Below, in pieces: positions 18,207 to 30,275 of a DNA stretch of 64,000 nt (position 1 is the stretch's first letter; the number at the start of each line of letters is the position of its first letter). The translations under genes and the position numbers were made by a program. The stretch is from an uncultured Solibacteraceae bacterium. Its GTDB lineage: Bacteria > Acidobacteriota > Terriglobia > Bryobacterales > Bryobacteraceae. Under the pieces are notes generated by a model, which did no database searches, was not told the DNA's origin, and was given only the letters and a program-made list of their open reading frames with translations. The stretch spans positions 815 to 64,814 of the forward strand of contig CAZACK010000014.1 in the NCBI GenBank assembly GCA_964483455.1, written 5' to 3'.

Positions 18207-19922
18207 CTACATCCCGGAAGACCGCCCGGCGCGCCTCGCTACCGCCTGCTCCGCTTTCATCGGCGCCGCCAACCCCGGCCCGCTCCGCGCCACCACGCCC
18301 TTCCCCTCCTCCACCGTCACGAACTGGTTCGGCTGCACATTGGTCACCCACTCGTTCGCTCCGCTCGGCCACGTCACTTCGATCCTCCGAATCGCCTCGT
18401 CCCCGCCCAACCCGAACGTCACCGCCAGGTCGCTTTGCGAGCAGTAACTCGACCCGCTGTGCACTTTGCGCCATTGGGCGCCGGAGGCTGTCTCGACCCG
18501 CACCACCGCCCCGATCCCGCTCCGGTTGGACTTCGCCCCCACCGCCCGCACGCTCACCCACCGGTTCTGGTTGCCGCCGTCGTTGCGGAACAGGTACGCC
18601 GGCCCGTGGTTCGTCGAAATCAGAATGTCGAGGTCCCCGTCGCGGTCGTAATCGGCGTAGGCCGCCCCGCGCGCCACGATCGGCCGGTTGAACTCCGCGC
18701 CCATCCGGCTGGTCACATCCTCGAACCGCCCGCGCCCGAGGTTGCGGAACAGCAGTGGCGCCTGCTTGAACTGGATCTTCGGCTGCACCCGCCCGATCTC
18801 CTCCTCGATGTGCCCGTTGGCCGCGAACAGGTCGAGATTCCCGTCCAGGTCGTAGTCGAAGAAGAACACACCGAAGGCCAGGCACAGCAGGCTGGCGCGC
18901 CCCACCGTCGATTTCGGCGCCTCGTCCACGAACAGCCCGTTGCCCTCGTTGTGATAGAGGCCGAGCATCTGGTTCGAGAAATTGCCGACCAGCAGGTGCG
19001 GCCTCCCCGAGCGGTCGTAATCGGCCGCGTCCGTGCCCATCGCCCCGCGCGCCATGCCGTCCTCGCCGAACGCCACGCCGGCCCGGAGCCCCTCCTCGGT
19101 GAACGTGCCGTTCCGGTTGTTGCGGTACAGCTTGTTCGGCTGCGTGTCGTTGGCGATGAACAGGTCCGGCCAGCCGTCGCCGTTGTAATCGAATACCGCG
19201 ATCCCCAGCGACTTGCTCGTCGGCTCGCCCACGCCCGCCCTCTGCGTTGCATCCTCGAACTTGCCGCCGCCGAGATTGCGGTAAAGCTTCGACGACGTGC
19301 CCTTGTACGACTCCGGCGTGCAGTAGGACTTGGTCGCGCCGTCGAGCGAGCACCACAGGTCGCCCTTCGCCGTCCACTGCACGTAGTTGGCGACAAACAG
19401 GTCGAGCTTCCCGTCGCGGTCGTAGTCCAGCCACGCCGCGCTAGTGCCGAAGTCCGCGTTGCGGATGCCCGCCGCCGCCGTTACGTCGCGAAACTTGAAA
19501 CCGCCCTCGTTGCGGAACAGGCGGTCGCCTTCGAGCGCCGTGACGTACACATCGTCGCGCCCGTCGTTGTCGAAATCGCCCACCGCCACGCCCATGCCGT
19601 ACATCTCCACGCCGAGCCCGCTCGCCGCCGTGACGTTGGTGAACGTGCCGTTGCGGTTGTTGCGGTACAGCGCCGGCAGCGACTTGCGCCCGAGCGGCGC
19701 CCAGTCCTTGCTGTTCACCAGCAGCACGTCCGGCCACCCGTCGCCGTCGGCGTCGAAGAACGCGCACCCCGAGCCCAGCGTCTCCGGCAGCCACTTCTTC
19801 CCGGCCCGGCCGCTGTTGTGCGTGAACTTGATCCCCGCCGCCGTCGTCACGTCCGTAAACTTCACCGGCGCCGCGCTCACCAGCACGCCGGAGGCAATCA
19901 AACAACTGAACAGCTTCCTCAT
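18207..19922 (-). CDS. CRTAC1 / ASPIC-UnbV family protein with FG-GAP (VCBS) repeats
   Basis: 571 aa with a signal peptide, repeated D.DGDGW.D / FDYD.DG.LDL FG-GAP motifs, and a C-terminal UnbV/ASPIC-like region (NRWV.V...G..SNR.GIGA.V). Confidence 0.85.
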   Translation of the reverse strand: MRKLFSCLIASGVLVSAAPVKFTDVTTAAGIKFTHNSGRAGKKWLPETLGSGCAFFDADGDGWPDVLLVNSKDWAPLGRKSLPALYRNNRNGTFTNVTAASGLGVEMYGMGVAVGDFDNDGRDDVYVTALEGDRLFRNEGGFKFRDVTAAAGIRNADFGTSAAWLDYDRDGKLDLFVANYVQWTAKGDLWCSLDGATKSYCTPESYKGTSSKLYRNLGGGKFEDATQRAGVGEPTSKSLGIAVFDYNGDGWPDLFIANDTQPNKLYRNNRNGTFTEEGLRAGVAFGEDGMARGAMGTDAADYDRSGRPHLLVGNFSNQMLGLYHNEGNGLFVDEAPKSTVGRASLLCLAFGVFFFDYDLDGNLDLFAANGHIEEEIGRVQPKIQFKQAPLLFRNLGRGRFEDVTSRMGAEFNRPIVARGAAYADYDRDGDLDILISTNHGPAYLFRNDGGNQNRWVSVRAVGAKSNRSGIGAVVRVETASGAQWRKVHSGSSYCSQSDLAVTFGLGGDEAIRRIEVTWPSGANEWVTNVQPNQFVTVEEGKGVVARSGPGLAAPMKAEQAVARRAGRSSGM

Positions 19923-19964
19923 ACCATTTTTGATTTTTGCCTTTTGATTTTTGATTTTTGCTTT
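19923..19964 (-). repeat. A-rich tandem heptamer spacer (CAAAAAT x4 plus one CAAAAG copy on the coding strand)
   Basis: Minus strand reads AAAGCAAAAATCAAAAATCAAAAGGCAAAAATCAAAAATGGT then ATG. The unit GCAAAAATCAAAAAT occurs twice. It fills the whole gap between stop 19965 and start 19922. Confidence 0.85.
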
Positions 19965-22748
19965 CTAGCGAAGCGGCGCCGACTCGTGCTCATGAATCGC
20001 CTGCCGCTCGTTGTTGTCCTCTGGGCTCAGCATCCGCGGCTTCGCCGTAATCGCCTGCGCCGACTCGTCCGCCTTGAACCGCCGGAACAGCTTCTCCTCG
20101 CGCTCCGCCTTCTCCTGGTCGTCCAGGCCCCGGTAGCACAGCATCAAGTTGTAATGCGCCTGCACGTCTTCCGGATCCACCGCGAGCACCCGCTGGAGGG
20201 CCTCCACCGCCGCCTTGTACTCCCGCTTCAAGAACAGGATGCGCCCGATCTGGTTCACCGCCACCCGGTCTCGCGGATACATCGACTCGACCTTCCGCAG
20301 CGACTCGAGCGCTCCGTCGTAGTCCCCGTCCGCCTTCTGCGCCATCGCCTTGAAGAAGTAAATCCGCCCGAGCTTCGGGTCGAGCGCCTCGGCCTTGGCC
20401 ACGTACGGCTTCGCCGCCTCGGTCTCGCCTTCCTGGATCAGCGCGCGGGCCACGTTCAGCCAGCCGTCGGCGTATTCCGGCTCGGCTTCCGTGACCCGCT
20501 TGAAGGCGTACTCCGCCCCTTTGAGATCGCCCTGAAGCAGCAGCCCGATGCCCCAGTCGTTCCAGCGCTCGCGGTCTTCGCGGCGGACCACCGGCTTCCA
20601 GACCGTCTCCTGGCGCGGTCCGGCCACCTCCAGCGTCGCCGTGTCGGCGGCCAGCGTCACGATCGGCAGGTCCGGAATCCGGTTCTTGATCTTGCCCGAC
20701 ACGTTCTTCGGGATGTTCGAAGGACTGAAGCCGAACACGCGGCTGTCGTGGTTCGCATTGACCAGCGCGCCGTCCTGCCCGGCGAGCGGCTCGCCGGCGT
20801 AGACGTACTGCGTGTAGTAGTGCGAGAACTTGCGGTAGTTCAGCTTTGCGGTGAGCGTAATCGGCCCACTCGCGTCTTTCGGAATCCGCATGCGGTAGTG
20901 CGCCACGTCCGCCGCGCCCGGCGGGATCAGCCGCACGTACAGCACGCTGCGCGCCTGCCACGCGTTCCGCTTGTTGATCGGGTTGCCCTCGCCGTCCAGC
21001 AGGTACGACCGGTAGAAGTGCGCGCCCTTCTCGACCGGGCCTTTGCCGCCGTCCTCGACTTTGCCGCTCCAGAAGACCGTTTTCCCCGTGGCGTCCCTGC
21101 CTTCGAGTTCGAGCCACACGTCGAACGAGTCCACCGTGCCGCCGGGAAAGAAGTGGCCGATCGCGCGCGTCCGCACCACCACGTCCACGCGCACAGTCGA
21201 GCCCGGCCGGTACTTCGCGCCCGCCGCGTCAATCGGCGCCGCCAGCTTCCCGACCTCGCGGAAGAACACCTGCCCCGCCTGCTCCGCCTCCTCGCCGACG
21301 GCGAACGTCGACATGAGCTGCGGCCCTTCGCCGGCGCGGCGCATCATGCCCAATTGCCCCGGCTGCTCTTCCACCGGCGAGGCCGCAAAGATGTCCACGC
21401 TGATGAACCCGGACTTCAAGAACTTCTCCGTCTCCTTCATCTGGTCGTGGTCCTGGTTCGCGTACGCCACCGCCATGTTCGCCGCCGGGAAGCGGTGCGA
21501 GTGGACGAAGCCCTTGTGATTGCCCGGGTCCTTCGACGGCACCAGCGGCATGTGGCAGTCGATGCAGTTCTTCGACGCCGCCGGATAGTAGAACGAACGC
21601 GCCCCCTGGCCCGAGACGCCGCTCGCCTGCCAGTTGTCGTAGTCGTTGAAGCCGCGCAGCCAGCGGTAATTGTTGATGGGAACGTCGAGGTGGACCTTGT
21701 GGCACGTCGAGCAGTATTCCGCCGAGTTCTCGCCGCGCATGAACGGCTTCAGGAACGACTTCCGGTGCGGCTCCGGATCGAGGTTCGTCAGGAACCGGTC
21801 CAGCATCCGGATGTACTTGTTCTTGCTGTTGGCGATGTCGTGCAGCGGCGGGTACTCGATGATGAACCCGCCGTTGCCCATCGAGGAATCGACGTGCACG
21901 ATCGAGTGGCACGACACGCACGCCAGTCCCGCGTGCGCCTCCTCGGTATCGATCTGGTCCTTGATCGGCTTGTCGAAGCGGCCGTTGAAGAACACCGCGT
22001 GGTCGTGGCAGCCCGCGCACCACTTGCTCGGCTTCGTGCCCACCACTTCCTGCATGTGCTCGATCGACTTCCGGTAGAACTGGTTGTTGAACGACGAGAA
22101 GTGGTGGACCGAGCTGTTCCACTGCTCGTAGATGTCCTTGTGGCACTCGCCGCACGTCTTCGAGTCGAGGAAGAAGTTCGCGGGGATGATCCCGTTGACG
22201 TTCGTGTTCGCCGACGACGGCCAAAACGGCGACTTCGGCCCGGCGCCCTCTTCTTCCATGGAGACGGGCACGACCATCGGGTTCCGGATTACGTCACGCG
22301 AGTTCGGGACCGCCTTACGGTAAACGTAGGCGCCCGCCGGCAGAAGAACCAGCAGCGCCAAGGATGCCTGGAACGCCTTGCGGAAGTCGCTCCGCGCCGT
22401 TCGCCGGACCCACGGCAGCAGCGCCGCCACGCCCGCCACACCGGCGAAGATGTGTGCCCACAGGACCGGCTTGTACGGAGTCAGCGCGCCGGCATAGGTG
22501 AGAAACGCGCCCAGCGCAGCCGCCACCGCAAGCAGCCCAAGCGCCGCCCCGATCCCGCGCCCGAGGCCGCGGTCGCGCCGCCACAACCACACAAATCCCA
22601 CCACGACGCCCGCGCCCAGTACCACGTGCCCCAGCACGTTCGTCATGTAGAAGATCGTCGGCGAGGCGAACGCCCAGATGTAGGCGGTATTGACAAGGAG
22701 GGCGAGGAAAGCGATGGCGAGGTACAAGCGGAGCTTGGCGCTCTTCAT
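19965..22748 (-). CDS. membrane-anchored multihaem c-type cytochrome fused to C-terminal TPR repeats
   Basis: Start taken at MKSAKLRLYLAIAF. Several N-terminal TM helices. Five CxxCH motifs (CGECH, CAGCH, CVSCH, CSTCH, CIDCH). C-terminal TPR-like repeats (AEYAFKRV.., AKPYVAKAEALDP.., AVEALQRVLAVDP..). Confidence 0.8.
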   Translation of the reverse strand: MKSAKLRLYLAIAFLALLVNTAYIWAFASPTIFYMTNVLGHVVLGAGVVVGFVWLWRRDRGLGRGIGAALGLLAVAAALGAFLTYAGALTPYKPVLWAHIFAGVAGVAALLPWVRRTARSDFRKAFQASLALLVLLPAGAYVYRKAVPNSRDVIRNPMVVPVSMEEEGAGPKSPFWPSSANTNVNGIIPANFFLDSKTCGECHKDIYEQWNSSVHHFSSFNNQFYRKSIEHMQEVVGTKPSKWCAGCHDHAVFFNGRFDKPIKDQIDTEEAHAGLACVSCHSIVHVDSSMGNGGFIIEYPPLHDIANSKNKYIRMLDRFLTNLDPEPHRKSFLKPFMRGENSAEYCSTCHKVHLDVPINNYRWLRGFNDYDNWQASGVSGQGARSFYYPAASKNCIDCHMPLVPSKDPGNHKGFVHSHRFPAANMAVAYANQDHDQMKETEKFLKSGFISVDIFAASPVEEQPGQLGMMRRAGEGPQLMSTFAVGEEAEQAGQVFFREVGKLAAPIDAAGAKYRPGSTVRVDVVVRTRAIGHFFPGGTVDSFDVWLELEGRDATGKTVFWSGKVEDGGKGPVEKGAHFYRSYLLDGEGNPINKRNAWQARSVLYVRLIPPGAADVAHYRMRIPKDASGPITLTAKLNYRKFSHYYTQYVYAGEPLAGQDGALVNANHDSRVFGFSPSNIPKNVSGKIKNRIPDLPIVTLAADTATLEVAGPRQETVWKPVVRREDRERWNDWGIGLLLQGDLKGAEYAFKRVTEAEPEYADGWLNVARALIQEGETEAAKPYVAKAEALDPKLGRIYFFKAMAQKADGDYDGALESLRKVESMYPRDRVAVNQIGRILFLKREYKAAVEALQRVLAVDPEDVQAHYNLMLCYRGLDDQEKAEREEKLFRRFKADESAQAITAKPRMLSPEDNNERQAIHEHESAPLR

Positions 22749-22840
22749 GGTCCCGGAAGCGGTTACCCCTCTGAGGGGGTGATCGGTTACTATGCTACTG
22801 GCGAGCCAGGCCAGTTGACAATAATTGAAAGATATTAGCG

Positions 22841-23620
22841 ATGTTCGTTTTACGTCTCCTCCTTCTGACGCTCGCCCCACCGCAGGACGACGCCCAGGCC
22901 CGCTTCGAGCGCGGCCGCGCGCTGTTCGAAGAGCACGACGACACCGGCGAGGCCGAGCGGGAAGCCGAGGTGGAATTCCGCCGGGCGCTGGCGCTGAATC
23001 CCAAGCTCGCCGCCGCCGTGGCCTACCTCGGCTTCATCGAGGCTGGGCGGGGCCGGCACGCCGAGGCCGAAGCGGCTTACCGCCGCGCCCTCGAGATCGA
23101 CTCGAGGTCTCCGGAGGCGCGCGTCGGCCTCGCCTGGCTCAGGCTTCGCGCCGGCAAGAGCGATGAGGCGTTGCGCGATCTTCGCCAGGCGGCAAGAGAC
23201 GGGCCGAAGAACCGCCTCGCGCTCCGCGAGCTGGCCGCGACGCTGACAAGCGAGCTTGCCAACCCGACGGAGGCGATGTGGCGCGAAGCGATCCCCTGCT
23301 GGGAGACATTGATCGCCCTCGACCGCAACGACCGCGACGCCCATTACGACCTCGCCCGCGCGTACCGCATGCTTAAGGACTGGCCCGGCGCCGAGCGCGA
23401 GTTCCGCGAAGTCCTCCGCATCGGGCAGACCCCGGACGACATGGACGTCTGGATCTACTCGGTCCACCTGGATCTTGCCGAAGCGCTCGAACGCCAGAAG
23501 AAGTACGACGACGCGATCCGCGAATACGAAGCGCTGCTCAGCTCCGAGGGCGCCGGCGAGGACGAAGCCCGGCATGCGACAGCCCGCATCGAGGCGCTAC
23601 GAAAGATTAAGGAGCGATGA
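22841..23620 (+). CDS. TPR repeat protein
   Basis: 259 aa with an N-terminal hydrophobic signal and repeated A..FRRALALNP / A..AYRRALEIDS / AHYDLARAY TPR-type helices. Confidence 0.75.
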   Translation: MFVLRLLLLTLAPPQDDAQARFERGRALFEEHDDTGEAEREAEVEFRRALALNPKLAAAVAYLGFIEAGRGRHAEAEAAYRRALEIDSRSPEARVGLAWLRLRAGKSDEALRDLRQAARDGPKNRLALRELAATLTSELANPTEAMWREAIPCWETLIALDRNDRDAHYDLARAYRMLKDWPGAEREFREVLRIGQTPDDMDVWIYSVHLDLAEALERQKKYDDAIREYEALLSSEGAGEDEARHATARIEALRKIKER

Positions 23621-23627
23621 CGCGCCC

Positions 23628-24589
23628 CTACGTCCGATCCTCCAGGTGCAGCATGATCATCGGGTCCTGGACCTGGCCCTTGGACCACACCCGGCGTATG
23701 AGTACGCGCAAGCCCCCGAAGGCCAGCCCGGAGACGAGCGCGAACAGCAGCAGGACGCCGGTGAGAATGAAGATGTTGATGATCAGGTCGCCGATGTTGT
23801 CCCGCTTGCTGGGGATGTATTCGCTCCAGGACAGCGAGGCTTTGTAGCGCACCAGCGAAAGCAGTTGCTCGGCGGCGTCGGCGTTGGGCGGGGCGATGAT
23901 GACGGCGACGAGCGGGCCGGCGCGCTTGGCCATGGCGCCCGGCAGCGCCTGAAACGCCTCGACGCGCTCGCGGGCGATGTGCGGCGTGGGGTAGCTGAAA
24001 ATCGCAAGCTGCATCGGCCCGGCGGCCGAGCCGAAGGTGCCGAGCTGGGCTTCGGCCCCGAAGTGAAACCCAGCCACGGAGGGCGGGATGCGCGATTCGA
24101 ACTTCTCGAGCGACGACGGGCCGAGCACGTAGCGTTCGGAGTTGTCCACGCGCCCTCGGGTGGGGAGATAACCCGGCAGCAGCGGCAGCGGCGACTGGTC
24201 GAGCTGGGGCAGGGAATGGAGCAGCGGCGCCAGTTCAACAACCGTCGGCTTCCGGCCCTCAATCCGCAGCAGGTAATTGCCGAACTGCAAGAAGACGCCG
24301 TTGTCTTCCTCGGCGGCGTGCTCCCCGATCTCGGATGCGGCGGACCCGGCGCGGCGCTGCCACTGGAACGCGGCCAGAGCGCCAGTGGGGTCCTTGAGGC
24401 GAAACGCGGTGACACTGAAGGTGTGCGGCGCAACGCCGTAGACGGCGGTTTCCCCTTCTTCCAAGCCGTATTCTTCCCAAACCGCGCGGTCGTTGATGGC
24501 GGCCGGTTTGGCAGAGGACTTGTTGGCGCCGAGGAACTGCTCGGGCAAGATCGCGGCGCTCGCCGCAGCCAGAAAGATGAGGAGTAGCG

Positions 24590-24605
<16 letters not shown>
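23628..24605 (-). CDS. hypothetical protein with N-terminal signal and C-terminal TM anchor
   Basis: Start taken at [17 protein letters not shown] (ATG 24605, overlapping the last 16 nt of secA). C-terminal [27 protein letters not shown]. Confidence 0.6.
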
Positions 24606-27463
<2,858 letters not shown>

Positions 27464-27546
27464 AGAAAGGGGGGACGTTCCCATTGTAGCAGCGGCGGCG
27501 CGGGGGTTGACTTGTCGAGTGCGCGGGCCCTACAGGATGCTCGCAC

Positions 27547-29067
27547 CTACGGCTGAGCGCCGGCCTCCGGCGGTCCAGCGTTGCTCGACGCGGCTGCATC
27601 GGCCTCCCCGGCTGCCGGCTTCCCGCGGAACCGGGGTTGAGGGATCCTGCGCAGCGCCCTCCACAGCCAGTGGCGTGGCTTCTTGGCGGCAAGCTCGGCG
27701 TCGGCGGTATTGCCAGGGTTGTCCGGGATGGCCTCGGTCGCAGAGGGGGCCGGTGGTTCCGGCAGCCGGCTCGGAATTTCAGAGGGGACCAGCTCGACGC
27801 GGACGGAAATGACCGGGACCGGCGCCGGAGGCGGAGCCAACCTCCTGGAAAGGCGGCGAGCGCTTCGCAACGGCGGCGCCGGTACTGCTTTCGGCATATC
27901 TGGGGTTGAGGCGGCCGCGACCTCCTCCGATGCGAGTGGTGTCGCCGGCTGCGGAAGGTTGGGCGCGGTCTCCGGGGTGGGAATGGATTCCGCATTTGGC
28001 AACGGTTGGACATCGGCAGCACCCTTCTCGCCGGGGGCGGAACGGGAGGGGATGGCGTACCGGACCGCCGTCACCAGTCCGGCCATCAACAGCGCTCCGA
28101 GCAAGAGCAGGGAACCCGTGCGAAGCATGGCCGTGAAGGGGAGGCGAATCGCGCGAAACACCTCGACGAATCGGCTCCAGATCGGAGGCTTGCCGGTTTG
28201 TACGGCGCCAGCCGTCACTGCCGCCTGCGCCGGCGTGCCGCCGGGGATCTGCTTCAGCGGTTCCAGCGCCTCCAGAAAGGCCTCGGCGGACTGGAACCTC
28301 TGCGCCGGCTGTTTCGACAGAGCCGTGAGGATGACGTCGTTGAGCAGCGGTGGAATTTCCGGCCTTACTTCGATCGGGGGCTGGGGCGTCAGCTCGATCT
28401 GGGCGATCATTACGTCGTACAGGCTGTCCGCGTCGAACATGGGGCGGCCCGTGACCAGCTCGTAGAGCACCGCGCCGAGCGAGTAGACATCGGTCCGTTC
28501 GTCCACCGTCGGAAGACCCTTCAGTTGCTCGGGCGAGGCGTAATACACCGAACCCATTCCCTCGCCCGCCTGCGTGGAGCGCGGGCCGGCGAGCGACTTT
28601 GCCAAGCCGAAGTCGGTAAGCTTGACGGTTCCATCCGGTGCGACCAAAATATTGCCCGGGGACACGTCACGGTGCACCACGCCGTTGCTATGGGCGTGGC
28701 TCAGGGCGCGCAGCGCCTGGCAGGCATAGTCGATCGCGGTGGGGAGCGGGATGGGTCCGGCCTCCAGAAGGTCCTGCAACGAAGGCCCCTCCACCAGCTC
28801 CATGATGAGCACGAGGTCGCTGTTCAGCCAGAACGCGTGATAGACGGAGGCGATGTTCGGATGGCTGAGGCTGGCCTGGAGTCGGATCTCGCGGAGGAAA
28901 CGCTGGGCTTGCTCGCTTGCGTCGGGCCGGCCGCCGATCACCACCTTCATTGCTTCGACACGCCGGGTGATGGTGTGTTCGGCCCGAAACACCCTTCCCA
29001 TCCCGCCACGGCCCACGACTCCCGTGATCTTGTAAGCATCGACGGTGTCGCCGATTTCAAAGCTCAT
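27547..29067 (-). CDS. Hanks-type Ser/Thr protein kinase with TM segment and Pro-rich extracytoplasmic tail
   Basis: Start at MSFEIGDTVDAYKI. GRGGMGRVF..AMKVV, HRDVSPGNILV and DFGLAK motifs. TM LLLLGALLMAGLVTAV. The longer ORF to 29376 has a non-protein-like extension. Confidence 0.85.
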   Translation of the reverse strand: MSFEIGDTVDAYKITGVVGRGGMGRVFRAEHTITRRVEAMKVVIGGRPDASEQAQRFLREIRLQASLSHPNIASVYHAFWLNSDLVLIMELVEGPSLQDLLEAGPIPLPTAIDYACQALRALSHAHSNGVVHRDVSPGNILVAPDGTVKLTDFGLAKSLAGPRSTQAGEGMGSVYYASPEQLKGLPTVDERTDVYSLGAVLYELVTGRPMFDADSLYDVMIAQIELTPQPPIEVRPEIPPLLNDVILTALSKQPAQRFQSAEAFLEALEPLKQIPGGTPAQAAVTAGAVQTGKPPIWSRFVEVFRAIRLPFTAMLRTGSLLLLGALLMAGLVTAVRYAIPSRSAPGEKGAADVQPLPNAESIPTPETAPNLPQPATPLASEEVAAASTPDMPKAVPAPPLRSARRLSRRLAPPPAPVPVISVRVELVPSEIPSRLPEPPAPSATEAIPDNPGNTADAELAAKKPRHWLWRALRRIPQPRFRGKPAAGEADAAASSNAGPPEAGAQP

Positions 29068-29255
29068 AAGATCGCAGCGCCTTCGAGCAGAGTTACCCTC
29101 GGTACAACGGTAGGGCGTCGCGTTCCGCCGATCAAGATTGCTGAAGAAGGATGGAGTACTGCTAACGATAGTTAGCGGGCTGGGGGCTTGCGTGCTTGCG
29201 GCCGGCGCTTTGGCGCGCACCCTTGAACGAGCATTTGTGCTATTGAGGAAGGGCA

Positions 29256-29513
29256 ATGCCGCTCCGCCCGCCCGCCGACACCGATATTCGCGCGTGGGAG
29301 CTGTACATTGGCCTGATTTGGCGGATGACTCCGGAACAGAAGCTCGCCCGCGTCTTTGAGCTGAATCGCCGCGCACGTGCCGCGCAGGAAGAGGCGATCC
29401 GCAGGACCCATCCTGACTGGAGCGAGCGCAACGTCATCCTGCTTGCCGCCGCCCGGCGCTTCGGCGAGGATTTGGTCCGCAAGGCTTACTCCTGGAGCCC
29501 GCCGCCGTGCTGA
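29256..29513 (+). CDS. small hypothetical protein, putative partner of the downstream nucleotidyltransferase-like pseudogene
   Basis: 85 aa. The stop overlaps the GTG of the next ORF (GTGCTGA). It shares a MTPEQKL..VFEL / LTPAERL..LQRF motif with the small ORF at 40456-40626. Confidence 0.45.
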   Translation: MPLRPPADTDIRAWELYIGLIWRMTPEQKLARVFELNRRARAAQEEAIRRTHPDWSERNVILLAAARRFGEDLVRKAYSWSPPPC

Positions 29514-29975
29514 CCGCCAGCGAGCCGGCCGCCATCCGGGCATTGGTCGACGCGCTTGACCGCTGCGGCATCGAGTATTACTTCTGCGGTTCAATGGCCA
29601 GCTCGCTCCACGGCGTCTTCCGCGCCACGGCTGACATCGATCGTTTGGCTGGTTTCATCGCTCGTTCAACGTGGTCCATATGCCTCCGGTTTCCAAGTTC
29701 GACATTTCCCCCTTCACCTTCACTGAATTCCAGCAGTCGGAGCTTGCCCGACGCATGCGCGTCCGGCTACCGGGTGTCGAACCGGCCCTTCTCGCGTCCT
29801 TTCCAAGATGCTGAGGTATCGGAGGGGAGGCGAGGCTTCGGAACGCCAGTGGAGCGACCTGACCGGCCTCGTTGAGACGCAAGGAGAACGCCTCGACGTC
29901 GAGTACCTGCGGACGTGGGCCAAGCAGTTGCGATTGAAAGATCTGCTCAATCGACTGCTCGGCTCACGCGGCTGA
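29507..29975 (+). pseudogene. decayed nucleotidyltransferase-fold (TA-like) gene needing at least two frameshifts
   Basis: Frame 2: ..YYFCGSMASSLHGVFRATADID. Frame 1 (about 29641-29790): RSFNVVHMPPVSKFDISPFTFTEFQQSELARRMRVRLPGVEPALLAS. Frame 3 (about 29790-29975): LSKMLRYRRGGEASERQWSDLTGLVETQGERLDVEYLRTWAKQLRLKDLLNRLL*. The total is also shorter than expected. Confidence 0.55.
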
Positions 29976-29996
29976 TTGCGAACGGGGTGCTGATCC

Positions 29997-30072
29997 TGGT
30001 GAGCCGGCCGGGACTCGAACCCGGGACCCTCTGCTTAAAAGGCAGATGCTCTACCGTCTGAGCTACCGGCCC
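29997..30072 (-). tRNA. tRNA-Lys (anticodon TTT), CCA encoded
   Basis: Reverse complement GGGCCGGTAGCTCAGACGGTAGAGCATCTGCCTTTTAAGCAGAGGGTCCCGGGTTCGAGTCCCGGCCGGCTCACCA folds as a cloverleaf. Anticodon loop is CTTTTAA. Confidence 0.9.
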
Positions 30073-30142
30073 GATCTCTCGATCTTCTTCGAGAATAGCA
30101 CGTGCCCGCGTGCCGGCGCGGGTTTGGTGCGCCTCGCCGACG

Positions 30143-30263
30143 CTACTCGACCTTCAGCACCTTCCGCTGCGCGCCAGTCGAGTCGATCTTCCGCAACGCC
30201 TCCACGATTCCCGCCTCGTAGACGGCCACGCAGCGCGCGTGGTCTTCCGTGCAGAGGAACGTG
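30143..30263 (-). pseudogene. orphan C-terminal fragment of an S46 peptidase paralogue
   Basis: Minus strand reads TFLCTEDHARCVAVYEAGIVEALRKIDSTGAQRKVLKVE*, 24 of 39 residues identical by eye to the C-terminus of the intact S46 gene (..TFLYTEEQARSLAVHSEGIVEALRKIYRTSALLKELRVE*). No start codon, and a stop lies upstream in the same frame. Confidence 0.65.
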
Positions 30264-30275
30264 TTACTCGAATGC

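Noticed and set aside
19923-19964. CRISPR-like or minisatellite array
   Set aside because: The units are only 7 nt long, with no spacers and no cas genes. I treat it as a short tandem repeat spacer rather than a CRISPR array.
18141-22838. 1565-aa ORF on the plus strand spanning the CRTAC1 and multihaem/TPR genes
   Set aside because: Its translation is extremely Arg/Pro/Ala/His-rich with no motifs. It runs antisense to two genes that carry clear family signatures (FG-GAP repeats, CxxCH motifs, TPR). This is a typical long antisense ORF of high-GC DNA.
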